Source: Mobula hypostoma
Taxonomy: Eukaryota
Reading direction: 5' to 3'
NCBI RefSeq assembly: GCF_963921235.1
Contig: NC_086108.1
Location: forward strand, 51,772,001 to 51,836,000
DNA: 64,000 bases
Position 1 is the stretch's first letter, and every line of letters starts with the position of its first letter. A program made the translations under genes and the position numbers. The notes below the pieces were generated by a model, which saw only the letters and a list, made by a program, of their open reading frames with translations, was not told where the DNA came from and searched no databases. Positions 38,742-51,874 of this stretch are shown here, one piece after another.

Positions 38742-41194
38742 ATATGAAACCATGACCACAAGCTCATTATTCCTTTTGTACACTAATTAGTTTTGTACTT
38801 GAGAATGATTTTATGTCTTTGCTCTGTGAAAAGCAGAAGCAGGTCAATTGCCACTCAATACCCCAACCATACAGGCGAGAGTGGGGGTCAGAACTGTATC
38901 TGAACCACTGAAGCCATGAGACAGCTGGCATACTGTGCCATTCTGACAGTTTCTGAGAGTCAGCTATGCATAGATCAATGTAAGAGCAGAACTCCAGCTT
39001 GCAGCTGTGTGTGATTTTATTCTTCATAGGTTTTTTTTCTCTGGTGCCCCCTTTCCCTCTCACATCACAATGGCATAATAGTTGTACAGAATCAGAATCA
39101 TATTTACTACCATTGACTTAGATGATGTGAAATTTGTTTTGTGAGAAGAGGGTTTCGAGGCCCAGTTGCTGAAGATATTCATGGAGTGATGTTACTTTTC
39201 ATGTCTGCAGACATTTAACTTTCTGAACCGATGTTTAGTCCAGTGCCAAATAACAAATTGTGTCAGCTAACTCAACAAAGATGGTATTCTTTTCAGCTAA
39301 GTTCCTTCAAGCCTCTGCTTGGCTATTATGAACACCAGTCATAGAAACTATACTGATGCCTAGATCCTGCACAGAAGAAAAAAAACATGTAGAAACTTTA
39401 CTCTGGTGCTAAAAGCACCTATAAGCCACTCACAACAGCATGCCAGATTTGAGTGGGGGCAATGAGTAGAGGGGTGTTCCTTAATGGGAGAAAAGTGTGA
39501 TCTGCAAAGAAATTACATTCAAGATTTTTGAAGTGACAATGTTTCAAGATTCTGTCCACTCACTTGCATAAAACATGTAAAATTGTTATGAACAATTATC
39601 AAGAGCATTTTCAGGCATTTTGTTATCTTCCCATGCACTAACAGTATTGTGATGTTTTGTAGAGGGGGATCTGGTACAAATTTAATTACAGTTCATAGTG
39701 CACTAATCAGCTTCTTGGTAAATTAAATATTTTATTAATGTTTCAACATTTTTAAAAGGTGGCAATTGATGTTCTTGCACCTAATAAATAAAGTTATATT
39801 AATGGCCTCCTTGAAAGGCCCCAGTTGAGCATAATTAGTGGCAACTTATAACTTGATAGAACATAGCCAAATTTATGAGTGAGGCCTGCTTCAGTCGCAT
39901 TGGTTTTAAACAAGCAAATACATGATGGGCACTGGATATAAATTGCACTTGAAGTTCATGGGATTGGAACTCAGTTACAGATCACCAGTCCAGTCTGCTG
40001 GATTCTTTGTCCATGATGACAACTGCAGTGTTAGTATAATCCGTACAGAACAAAAATGAGTAATTCTGTGATCTTTCTATGATTGGTTGTTATCTTCTGG
40101 ATGAAACCATAAGAAATCTGTCCTGAAAATAAGTCTTAGACAAGATGAGCTCTGACCTTTGAATGTTTGCCCCTATTGTTTGATTTTCTACAAAGCTGTT
40201 TTCTTGATGCTCATGTTTCCGCAAGCCACTAAGCCAAACCAATTAAATCATTAAAATTCAAGAGCTAGTAATGAGAGGTTTCTGCAATCACTGTCCCCTA
40301 CCCAATCCGTCACCACTGAAGACAGTGATCACTGCAATGGTGCTATACCCCTAAGCTTCAGCTCTCTAGTATGTGTGCCTTGTGTCTATTTTCAAGCCAG
40401 ATTCTTCATAGAGATAATGACTAACTTATGTATCCTTACAGGATCTTAGTTCAGGGGCAGACTTTTCTGCTGTCACCAATGGATATTCATGTGTTTGAGA
40501 ACAGTTCATCACATGTCTGTTACTGACCTAAAGAAGTGATGGCACCAAAGTGGGACCCTTCTGACTTGCATGCCAAAATAAATGCCCGCTGTAAAATTTT
40601 GTATGTAATATAAATCAACCACTAAACAATAATTAAAACATTTATATAATGTGTAGCATAATGGCATTTCAATTTTATGCCTTGAATTTCTGTTGATTTT
40701 TGCCATATTATGACTGCAGAAAAAAACTATTATTTTTTGTTTCCCATCTCCCATTTTGAAACAATTTTTTAATATTGTGTCTGTCCTTTATCCTATTCCC
40801 AAGATTCCTTGATTACAATGGAGTAATTTCAGTCGTGACTGATTCAAAATTGGATACAAATGTTGAAATTAAAGCCAATATTGTCCTTCCTTACTCTGCT
40901 GCAGTGCCATTGAACTGAACTATTGTTTCTGTGGCCCCAAGAGATTCAAGAACCACCCCTTGTCTTGTTTTCGCTCTTTTTGGCTAGAAATAAATATTTC
41001 ATCAAAAATGCACAAACATTGAATTTAAGATATAAATTTCAATGAACCTTTTAGTTAATTTGTGCAGTCACAAATTTACTAATGCACATATTAAAAGGAC
41101 AACTGGATAAGGTGAAGAATTACTGACATTGATTCTCATCGCCATTCTCAATGCAGCCTGAATTACTGATGGATTTCTCTCTCTACCTGTCATA

Positions 41195-41510
41195 CAACAA
41201 CAAAAACTTGTATTCAGATAGAGCTTTTAATGATAAACATCTTGAGGTATTTCACAAATATGCTATTAAATTTCTCACAAGCCAGCTAAGATAATTGGTC
41301 TATGACCAAAATCTTGGATTTTACGGACCATCTTAATGGAGAGAAAAGAATTAGAAAAGTTTAGCGAAGGAACATCAGACTTTAGAGATTCAGCAGCTAA
41401 AGGCATAGGTACAATTAACATAAGCAACTAAATTAAGGAATGTTCTTGAGCCAGAATTGGAGGAGTGCAGTTATCTTTGTGTGAGTATAGGGCTAGAGAA
41501 ATGGAGATAC
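41195..41510 (-). mobile_element. Old L2 3' fragment
   Basis: (caa)n tail, aacttgtatt...gcttttaa, gccagaattggaggagtgcag. Confidence 0.5.
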
Positions 41511-44487
41511 AAATTATAGAATGGAATAATTTGTTTTAACATCCATCAGTCACTCACATTTTTGTAATATTCAGGAGTTAGTAGTCAAACATAATTTGTC
41601 ACCAGGCAATCTATAGTTGTTAAGACAAACACTCAAAAGCCTAGTCAGAAAAAAAAATACTTCTTTCTTAAGGGAAAATGTAGATCAGAGAGGAATAGGG
41701 GAAGTACCTCCATAGTTGGACAAGCCATTCATTATCACCATGTGAGGTCTTATTTGAAAGTTTTAAAGACTTGAGGGAAGAACTCCAGAATTTAGGCTTG
41801 GCTCAGTTGAAAATGGCCTAAGCCTGTCCCTGAGGCACTTCCTGTCTGATATCAATGGCATTTTTAAGAATGTTTCCCATCTCCCATTTTAACCTTTTGT
41901 TTTATATTTATGTCTGTCCTTTACTCCACTCCAGAGGTTATAGTTAAGATACAGAAAAATGAATCCACATCCTTGACTATCCTTGTAACCTGTTTCTACC
42001 TGAGGCATAAAGCACTATCCATGATGTTTCAGCCACCTAAAGTTTACAAATGTACAATTAAATTACAAGCATATCTTTTTAAATATCCTGATGTATAATT
42101 TCAGGAAATAAAATAGGCCTCACCAAGTAGACAGTGACAGTTATTTTATAAAATAGCCCTAAAACTGTAATATTGAACAAAAAATAAATTGACATCTTAA
42201 AAATTTCATAATATTACGACATAAGTTCATTGAAATAAAGGTGGTATAAAGATTTTCATCACCAAATACTTTGTTAATATCATGAATAACTTTAATAGCT
42301 GTAAACAGATAGCTGTTACAAATATAAACTGAACAGAGCTTGTGGGGATGCTCTTCCTAATATCATGGTTAGGAATTTTACATTACATACAAGTAGGCCT
42401 GATGACAGGCTTTTGAAATGCGAGGTCCTGACTGTTTTTGGAATGGTCTATTCAATAGCAGTGATTATAGAAACAGACAGAATGAGTCCACTGAGGATTT
42501 ATTCAAAGTTCTGCTTCAAATGGATGTGACAGCAGGAAATCCAAACGGGACACAATTATTACATTGATAGGAAAGGTTTCTTTTTCCAGTGATAGGACCA
42601 GCTGAATTTGTGAACTCTGTCCAGGAAGGACCAACTTTGTACTGGTGACAATAATCAACAAATTTTGACTGAAAACTTCACTGTTATGGTTAAAATTGTA
42701 TAAAACATTATTTTTCTGCAAATTTTACAGTGTCTCCCTCAAATGAGTCCAGGATTCTCATATCCAATATACTGGCTGGAAATCTATTCATTGCATTTAT
42801 TACTCTGTATGAAGAAAATATTCGAGATGTCTTAAATATGCCACCTTCTAGTTCGTACTCTTGTTCTAGACTCTCAGTTTAATGTAAAGTAATCATGTTA
42901 AGATATAACGTTGTAAATCTACTCCCATCTCAAACATATTTCAGGGCTCAGATTAACTTTGTAGTTCACTCTATATGTACATTCGTGGCTTTCCAACAGG
43001 CACAAAACAAAGCAGAAGTACATTGTACATTTCCTCAAGCCTGATTAAGCCTTTGTATACAATCATTTTTGAGTGAATATCTAATTGAAATTAAGTCTAT
43101 TTTTACCTGTAAGAGAATATCTAGAATTAAGTAATTTTTTTGCACCCAGCATCCAAGTCCTCTTTATCACTTACTTCACTGTGGTATTGTTTTCTGGATA
43201 TCAGCTCCATTCAGAAAGATGCTTGGAATTACTAAGAACTGTTGATTTAGGATGAACTGATCGAACAATGTGCAAATCCACTTGAATTCATTACAGTTAC
43301 ACATTTAGTTTCATAAAAACAATCCATTAGTTATAATGTCCTTTGAGTTATCCTGTGGATATGTAGTGCTATATACAGTTATGCAATTTGTTTCTTTCCA
43401 CTTATAACCCCTTATGTGGAATAGTTTGCCAATAGTCAAATGAAGGCATGCTGGCAGGATGTTGTTGGGAATATCAGATTTTGATTGCAGCCAGACCAGT
43501 TGAATTAAAATGAAATAGAAGCTGCAGAACTGTGTCCAAATAACCAGTTGCCAGACTTAAAGATTATTTCACATTTCATAGTTCACAATAATAATTTTCT
43601 TTGGATGGAAATGGCTTAAATTAATTGCCAAGATGATTGCAAAGAGCAGATTATATTCTTCTCATGAACCTTTTTTAGTGCTTAATGGCCACATTTCTTG
43701 TTTTTGTAATAAAAACAGCTTATTTTTGTAAACACATAGAGATCAATAAACAAATTGGGTTGATAAGAAAGTAAACTCTTTGTAGCACTTCCTTGATAAC
43801 TTGCATTCTATTTCTATTATGATTTATTTGAAAGATAACTGAAAGGAAAGCAGTGTTTAGGAATCCACAACATGATCTCAAGAACAATTACAACTCAGAA
43901 TCCCATGAAAATAAAATTTGATTTATTTAGTGAAAGGAACCCCCTGGCTCTAATTACAGCAGAGAGAAATGAAGAAAGTAATACTTAAAAGCTTGAAGCA
44001 TATTCCTTGCAACATGAGACGTGTACTTCCGGATTTAAGCCACTTACCCTCGGTACAGCCCAACTACAGGCATGGGTCTGTACTGAGCAATGTGCCAGGA
44101 AATAAAACACTTGAATTATGGAAGTGGTCGCAGAATACAAGAGTAAAGAAACAATAAACAATCTATTGCAAATGCAGATTCAGCCACACTTGGAATACGG
44201 GGTGCAGCTTTGGGCACTTCCATAGGACCAACAAATCATAGAAAATATATGAGCTGAGATAGGCCATTCAGCCCATTGTGTTGGTGTCAGTTGAAAGAGT
44301 ACTTAGCCTGCCTGATCCTATCTTCTAGCAATTGCACAGTACCCTTGGTCACAGCTCCTCAGGGTACTCTTCCAAGTACATTTAAGTGTGTTGAGAGTTT
44401 TTGCCTCATTTGGACAGCAAGTTCCAGACTTCTGTTATTTGAAGTAAATTGAAACTGAGTATAAAGATTCTCCGGGATGATGCTACA

Positions 44488-44870
44488 TAGTCATAGTCAT
44501 AGTCATACTTTATTGATCCCAGGGGAAATTGGTTTTCGTTACAGTTGCACCATAAATAATAAATAGTAATAAAACCATAAATAGTTAAATAGTAATATGT
44601 AAATTATGTCAGTAAATTATGAAATGTCCAGGACCAGCCTATTGGCTCAGGGTGTCTGACGCTCCAAGGGAGGAGTTGTAAAGTATGATGGCCACAGGCA
44701 GGAATGACTTCCTATGACGCTCTGTGTTGCATCACTGTGGAATGAGTCTCTGGCTGAATGTACTCCTGTGCCCACCCAGTACATTATGTAGTGGATGGGA
44801 GACACTGTCCAAGATGGCATGCAACTTAGACAGCATCCTCTTTTCCGACACCACCGTGAGAGAGTCCAAT
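44488..44870 (-). mobile_element. Rex1/Babar-type LINE 3' fragment
   Basis: (tagtca)n tail; LDSLTVVSEKRMLSKLHAILDSVSHPLH. Confidence 0.75.
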
Positions 44871-46348
44871 TTCTCCTTGTCATATTCCATAAATAAAAAG
44901 TCAAAATTTACTGAGGTCATTGTTTCTCAGTGAAACATACTCACCTGCCCCATACTTTTTATTCCGCAGCACCATGTCCAGCACTGTACTCTGTCTCATT
45001 GTTAAACATATTGATCAAAAACATCCCATTGTATTCATTTCAGAAAGTGATCACCCTCTTTTCAATTTCTAAAATCAAATTTCCCATTATTCCCATTCTC
45101 AAGTCTTTGCTTCATTCAGCAATCTGTCTGAAAGCACCTCACACTTCTTTTCTCTGTTTGAACACCTCTAATTATGGCACCTCTTTTCTTCTTCAATTCT
45201 GACCAAATAGAATATGTGCTTAAACCAAAGTTCATTACCCATTCACTTAGAAGTTCATTATCCCTTCTAGTTTGTGTGATCTTTAATTAATACCATCACC
45301 ATCTTCACTTTTCTTTCTTCCATCTTTTCTAAATATATTGTAGCCAATAATATAAAGTGCCTATTTTTTCCTTTATTTGAGTTGGATTTTCATTATTGCA
45401 CTCTATCATAATATTATGTGGCTATTTTTGTCTGCAGTTCACCAAGTTTACTTACCATGTGCTATAAATTTACACGTGTATTCTAATATCTTTGTCAGTA
45501 TCATATTTTGTGGCTTGTTGATCTGGGCTCAGAGGCCATGGTGTTATTGAAAGGAAAATTAAATACTTGAACTTCATACAGAAAGCAGGAAAGCGACATT
45601 AGTCTTGATCTGCACCAGGAAAGAGCTGACATTGGCACAATTTAAGGCATTTCAAAAATATAGTACGTGGGAAACAATTGACTCAGAACCAAGAAGTAAT
45701 AGTTTCCCCATAGGTCCTCTTAAGTTTAATTGAAATACAAAATAATTTCAAAATGTACTCAGTTGATAGCAGCCAATACACAGGTTGTCTGCCTGAGGGG
45801 TAGAAAAGCAGCTGGAGAGCAGTTATCTAGTAAGCCAGACAAGGCAAGATTGGGGTGATGGAAGATGAGAAGCATCACAGGCGTGACGTGTGGTCAGCAT
45901 TGTGGGAAACAGTGGCTGGAGAGGGATACTATTCACTGAAAAGTCAATCATTCAGTCATAGTGGGCATAGCCGAATGGCCAGATGAAATACCGTAGGTTA
46001 CTCATGGATTGTTTGAAAAGGAATTTGAGGATGAGGAGGTGACCTACCGTATGCATCTCCTCCTGCTTCATAAGCTCTACAATGATGGTTTTGACTCTCC
46101 CCTCCTTTCATCTGACTCAACTACCAGCAGTGTCGGCTAATTTCAATTTATAAATAAAGCTTTAGCTTAAGTGAAAACATGAACCATCAGAATATTTTAG
46201 GAACCCGAGGATGCCCATGACCCAACTTCCAATAAATCAGAAGGTTGAGGGTTGATGTCAGGCTTCTCTTTTTTATTTAAACGCCAACCATTTGACCACT
46301 ATTTCCAACGACCATTTTGAAATCCATCCTCACATCCTTCCAAAAGGA

Positions 46349-46562
46349 GGCCTTTGGCCGGTGGTGTAAGGGCATCCACACTGGACGCCTAGGTGAGTGG
46401 TCCTGGGTTTGAATCCAGCCAGCTTTTTACAAGCTTTCAATCCGTGCTGGGTTGAGCATCAAGCTTGCAACTCAGCCTTGTCAAAAACTAACAAGCATGT
46501 AAAAGAAATGGCAAGGAGTACCACCCGATATGCCACAAGGCGCAGAAAGGAACAATAACAAA
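46349..46562 (+). mobile_element. tRNA-derived SINE with RTE-like body
   Basis: A-box-like tggccggtggtgtaagg, B box gggtttgaatcc, RTE-like gggttgagcatcaagcttgcaactcagccttgtcaaaa, (aaca)n tail. Confidence 0.6.
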
Positions 46563-46820
46563 GGGTGGCTGTAAAGACACAAAATCAAATTTCAGAAGTA
46601 GCACATTACAATGCAGGGTTCTGATGCAGCTTGACCCTCTGAGATCCTCCAGCAGTTTGTTTTTTTCCCCAAATTCCAGCATCTTGAGTCTCTTGTGTCC
46701 AATTATAACATAATGTGTGTTAAGTATTTCAATGTAAATTGCATTCAGCAGAACTTACCTTATGCTGTATTCCCATTGACAGGGGAGGACTAGAAAATTC
46801 CAAGTCGCCTTGCAGTATTA

Positions 46821-47170
46821 TAGAACATAGAAATCTACAGTACATACAGGACCTTCGGCCCACAATGTTGTGCCGACCATGTAACTTACTTTAGAAACTG
46901 CCTAGAATTTCCCTAGTGCAGAGCCTTCTATTTTACTAAGCTCCAACCATTTAAAAGGCCCTAGGCTTTTAAAAGACCCTATTGTATCTGCTTCCATCAC
47001 TGCCACCAGCAGTGCACTCCACACACCCACCACTCTCTGTCTGAAAAACTTACCCCTGACATCCTCTCGGTACATATTTCCAAGCACCTTAAAACTATGC
47101 CCCCTCATGTTAGCTCTGGGAAAAAGCCTCTGGCTATCCACACGATCAATGCCTCTCATCATCTTATAAT
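46821..47170 (-). mobile_element. CR1 (family D-like) 3' fragment
   Basis: YKMMRGIDRVDSQRLFP...RGKFFRQRVV; tagaacatagaa tail. Confidence 0.85.
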
Positions 47171-47674
47171 GCCCCTCATCATCTATTCTGTGCTGTATCG
47201 CTTTAGATATATAGACAGAAATACAGACCAACCAGATTCAATCCTGGCCTCATGTGCCTTCCATGCAGAGTTTGCACATTTGCCCTGTGACAGTACAGGT
47301 TTCTTCTGTGTACAGGTTAGTACTATAAACTGTCCTTAATGTGTGGGTGAGTGGTAGAATTTGTGACAAGTTGATGAAAATATGGGGAGAATAAAATCTG
47401 GGATTAATACAGGATTGGTGCAAGTGGATAGTAGATGGTCAGTGCAATTTGATGCGGCCAAGTGACTGCTACTGTGCAAATTGCCCAAGAACTAAAAAGG
47501 TAGTTGAGTGTCATCCATACTGGGAATTGGGTTATTTATGGGTCAGTACAGGCAAGGACAGTGCACATTTTTCCCTTGAAGATCTTTAGTAAACCACAGG
47601 GATGTTTCTCTTCATAACTCCAAAAATGTTTAATACATTAGATAAATTGAATGTAAACTCCCAAGGTGATGTGA

Positions 47675-50182
47675 TGATGTTATAATGGGTGACTTCAATC
47701 TACATGTAGACTGGGTGAACCAAATTGGTAAAGGTGCTGAGGAAGAGGATTTCTTGGAATGTATGCGGGATGGTTTTTTGAACCAACATGTCGAGGAACC
47801 GACTAGAGAGCAGGCTATTCTGGACTGGGTTTTGAGCAATGAGGAAGGGTTAATTAGCGATCTTGTCGTGAGAGGCCCCTTGGGTAAGAGTGACCATAAT
47901 ATGGTGGAATTCTTCATTAACATGGAGAGTGACGTAGTTAATTCAGAAACAAAGGTTCTGAACTTAAAGAGGGGTAACTTTGAAGGTATGAGACGTGAAT
48001 TAGCTAAGATAGACTGGCAAATGACACTTCAAGGATTGACGGTGGATATGCAATGGCAGGCATTTAAAGGTTGCATGGATGAACTACAACAATTGTTCAT
48101 CCCAGTTTGGCAAAAGAATAAATCAAGGAAGGTAGTGCACCCGTGGCTGACAAGAGAAATTAGGGATAGTATCAATTCCAAAGAAGTAGCATACAAATTA
48201 GCCAGAGAAAGTGGCTCACCTGAGGACTGGGAGAAATTCAGAGTTCAGCAGAGGAGGACAAAGGGCTTAATTAGGAAGGGGAAAAAAGATTATGAGAGAA
48301 AACTGGCAGAGAACATAAAAACGGACTGTAAAAGCTTTTATAGATATGTAAAAAGGAAAAGACTGATAAAGACAAATGTAGGTCCCCTGCAAACAGAAAC
48401 AGGTGAATTGATTATGGGGAGCAAGGACATGGCAGACCAATTGAATAATTACTTTGGTTCTGTCTTCACTAAGGAGGACATAAATAATCTTCCAGAAATA
48501 GTAAGGGACAGAGGGTCCAGTGAGATGGAGGAACTGAGCGAAATACATGTTAGTAGGGAAGTGGTGTTAGGTAAATTGAAGGGATTGAAGGCAGATAAAT
48601 CCCCAGGGCCAGATGGTCTGCATCCCAGAGTGCTTAAGGAAGTGGCCCAAGAAATAGTGGATGCATTAGTGATAATTTTTCAAAACTCGTTAGATTCTGG
48701 ACTAGTTCCTGAGGATTGGAGGGTGGCTAATGTAACCCCACTTTTTAAAAAAGGAGGGAGAGAGAAACCGGGGAATTATAGGCCGGTTAGCCTAACGTCG
48801 GTGGTGGGGAAACTGCTGGAGTCAGTTATCAAGGATGTGATAACAGCACATTTGGAAAGCGGTGAAATGATCGGACAAAGTCAGCATGGATTTGTGAAAG
48901 GAAAATCATGTCTGACGAATCTCATAGAATTTTTTGAGGATATAACTAGTAGAGTGGATAGGGGAGAACCAGTGGATGTGGTATATTTGGATTTTCAAAA
49001 GGCTTTTGACAAGGTCCCACATAGGAGATTAGTGTGCAAACTTAAAGCACACGGTATTGGGGGTAAGGTATTGGTGTGGGTGGAGAATTGGTTAGCAGAC
49101 AGGAAGCAAAGAGTGGGAATAAACGGGACCTTTTCAGAATGGCAGGCGGTGACTAGTGGGGTACCGCAAGGCTCAGTGCTGGGACCCCAGTTGTTTACAA
49201 TATATATTAATGACTTGGATGAGGGAATTAAATGCAGCATCTCCAAGTTTGCGGATGACACGAAGCTGGGTGGCAGTGTTAGCAGTGAGGAGGATGCTAA
49301 GAGGATGCAGGGTGACTTGGATAGGTTGGGTGAGTGGGCAAACTCATGGCAGATGCAATTTAATGTGGATAAATGTGAAGTTATCCACTTTGGTGGCAAA
49401 AATAGGAAAACAGATTATTATCTGAATGGTGGCCGATTAGGAAAAGGGGAGGTGCAACGAGACCTGGGTGTCATTATACACCAGTCATTGAAAGTGGGCA
49501 TGCAGGTACAGCAGGCGGTGAAAAAGGCGAACGGTATGCTGGCATTTATAGCGAGAGGATTCGAGTACAGGAGCAGGGAGGTACTACTGCAGTTGTACAA
49601 GGCCTTGGTGAGACCACACCTGGAGTATTGTGTGCAGTTTTGGTCCCCTAATCTGAGGAAAGACATCTTTGCCATAGAGGGAGTACAAAGAAGGTTCACC
49701 AGATTGATTCCTGGGATGGCAGGTCTTTCATATGAAGAAAGACTGGATGAACTGGGCTTGTACTCGTTGGAATTTAGAAGATTGAGGGGGGATCTGATTG
49801 AAACGTATAAGATCCTAAAGGGATTGGACAGGCTAGATGCAGGAAGATTGTTCCCGATGTTGGGGAGGTCTAGAACGAGGGGTCACAGTTTGAGGATAGA
49901 GGGGAAGCCTTTTAGGACCGAGGTTAGGAAAAACTTCTTCACACAGAGAGTGGTGAATCTGTGGAATTCTCTGCCACAGCAAACTGTTGAGGCCAGTTCA
50001 TTAGCTATGTTTAAAAGGAAGTTAGATATGGCCCTTGTGGCTACAGGGGTCAGGGGGTATGGAGGGAAGGCTGGGTTCTGAGTTGGATGATCAGCCATGA
50101 TCATAATAAATGGCGGTGCAGGCTCGAAGGGCCGAATGGCCTACTCCTGCACCTATTTTCTATGTTTCTATGTTTCTATGTT
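47675..50182 (+). mobile_element. CR1 LINE (family B), young, 5'-truncated
   Basis: Near-identical to 11176-13009 over the shared part; (ttctatgt)n tail. Confidence 0.95.
47685..50081 (+). CDS. CR1 ORF2 (partial APE endonuclease plus reverse transcriptase), 798 aa, uninterrupted
   Basis: GDFN...SDH (APE C-half), KSPGPDG, NYRPVSL, QHGF, DFQKAFD, GVPQGSVLGP, FADD. N-terminus is truncated. Confidence 0.92.
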   Translation: MGDFNLHVDWVNQIGKGAEEEDFLECMRDGFLNQHVEEPTREQAILDWVLSNEEGLISDLVVRGPLGKSDHNMVEFFINMESDVVNSETKVLNLKRGNFEGMRRELAKIDWQMTLQGLTVDMQWQAFKGCMDELQQLFIPVWQKNKSRKVVHPWLTREIRDSINSKEVAYKLARESGSPEDWEKFRVQQRRTKGLIRKGKKDYERKLAENIKTDCKSFYRYVKRKRLIKTNVGPLQTETGELIMGSKDMADQLNNYFGSVFTKEDINNLPEIVRDRGSSEMEELSEIHVSREVVLGKLKGLKADKSPGPDGLHPRVLKEVAQEIVDALVIIFQNSLDSGLVPEDWRVANVTPLFKKGGREKPGNYRPVSLTSVVGKLLESVIKDVITAHLESGEMIGQSQHGFVKGKSCLTNLIEFFEDITSRVDRGEPVDVVYLDFQKAFDKVPHRRLVCKLKAHGIGGKVLVWVENWLADRKQRVGINGTFSEWQAVTSGVPQGSVLGPQLFTIYINDLDEGIKCSISKFADDTKLGGSVSSEEDAKRMQGDLDRLGEWANSWQMQFNVDKCEVIHFGGKNRKTDYYLNGGRLGKGEVQRDLGVIIHQSLKVGMQVQQAVKKANGMLAFIARGFEYRSREVLLQLYKALVRPHLEYCVQFWSPNLRKDIFAIEGVQRRFTRLIPGMAGLSYEERLDELGLYSLEFRRLRGDLIETYKILKGLDRLDAGRLFPMLGRSRTRGHSLRIEGKPFRTEVRKNFFTQRVVNLWNSLPQQTVEASSLAMFKRKLDMALVATGVRGYGGKAGF

Positions 50183-51874
50183 TGCATTTAAGTATCTGCA
50201 TCACCAATCCAATTCTCAAGCTGCTAGTTTTGCAGCTCCACAGCTAGGATCCAAATAAAAGTGACAAAATTGATGGAGCTAGGACTGAGGTTCTGCAAAG
50301 AGGGACTGAGGAACCAGGGTCAAACACAGATCCCAATGGTAAGCATCACAATTTCAGCCTCTGTTTTGGTCAAAGAGGTCAGAGTGTGGCTGAAAGTGTG
50401 GTTAGGATGAGAGGATTTCCAGTTACTAGGACTTCCTGCCATTCTGGGGAAAGGGGTCTGTTATGGTGGAATGTGCTCTATCCAAACTAGATACTCTAAT
50501 CCAACTCTGTCATGGGAAAAGGTAAAGATCCAATGAAGTCCTCAAAGAAGCTATAAAGGCAAACAGTGCATTTGCCTTTATTTCAAGAGGATTTGAATAC
50601 AAGTGTCTTGAGCCAAACATACAGAATACAGGGTAGATGGCATCAATGCCTTTTTGCTTCCTCCAAGCCTCCTCAAAGAACTGCAACATGCCCACTGCCC
50701 GCTGAGAATCCCTGGCTGTTGTTATGATCGAGAAAGACAATAACCCAAAGGCACTGGAATATTGTTAACTTTTAAGCATAGTAAGTATTAATTGGGATCA
50801 TGATCAAATCAAGATCCCACACAAAAGGAATATGACTGGAATTGCCTGTTGGAATATTATACTTGGAGTGATGACGTGTTTATCTGGGCTCCACTGTTAC
50901 TCAGCTCACCATTTGTTTTACACATTGAAAGGAGATACCAGGATTCTCTGAAAACTTTTCCTGTTCACATGCTCCTGGCAAGCTGGTCAGAAAAATTGAA
51001 ACCCCACAGGATCCAAGAGGGAGTGCTTCCAATTTGGAAATTCTGGTTTAATAGCAGGAAGCAAAGGGTGAATGTTGATAGGTGTCTTTGTGACAAGAAT
51101 GCTGCTATCAGTGAGTTTCCACAATGCTCATAACTCATTTCCCTACTTTTGCCGTATAATGACAGATTTAATTGTAGGGGACATGATAAAGAAATTTGCA
51201 GATGATACAAAAACTGACTAACTCATGGCCTGAAGGGATGTAGGGGGCTTTGTATTATAAAGTTTTTGGTTGTGTGGCCGAAGGGACATGACACGCAGAC
51301 CTTCCGAATAAACAATGAAGCATACAATTAGCTTGGCTAGTTCTTTTTTGATTGAAACTCCTGTGATGGGTTGAATTTTTTTTTCTATCTCTTAAGTTTT
51401 CTGTGATTATAAGGCATGTTTTTCACATTTGACTTTAAACATGGAAGTGAGACAAGTTGTTTTATGTGAAAAAAATCATATGTGCTTTCCTCAGAGTACA
51501 CTATTTTACTAGTCAATAAACAGTTTAAGTTAAACAATCAATAACAGTGTGGAAAAAGACACAAAGGAATTATATAGATATAATGAATGCTGCATGAATG
51601 AAAATTAAGCTGCAAGAACAATATTTGACACTTACAGTGTCATAGAACACTACAGCACAGAAATAGGCCCTTCAGTCCATCAAGTCAGTGCCGAACTATT
51701 AATCAGCCTATTGGCATTGACCTGCACCCAGATTATAGTCCTCGACACCCCTCCCATCCTTGTACCTATCCAAATTTCTCTTAAATACTGAAATCAAACT
51801 TGAATCTACCAGTTCCGTTAGCAACTCGTTCCGCACTCTCACAATCCTCCGAGTGAAGAAGTTCCCTCTAATCC

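Noticed and set aside
46349..46420. tRNA gene
   Set aside because: A and B boxes are present but there is no convincing cloverleaf, and it continues into a SINE body; the same applies to the heads ending at 7888 and 34609.
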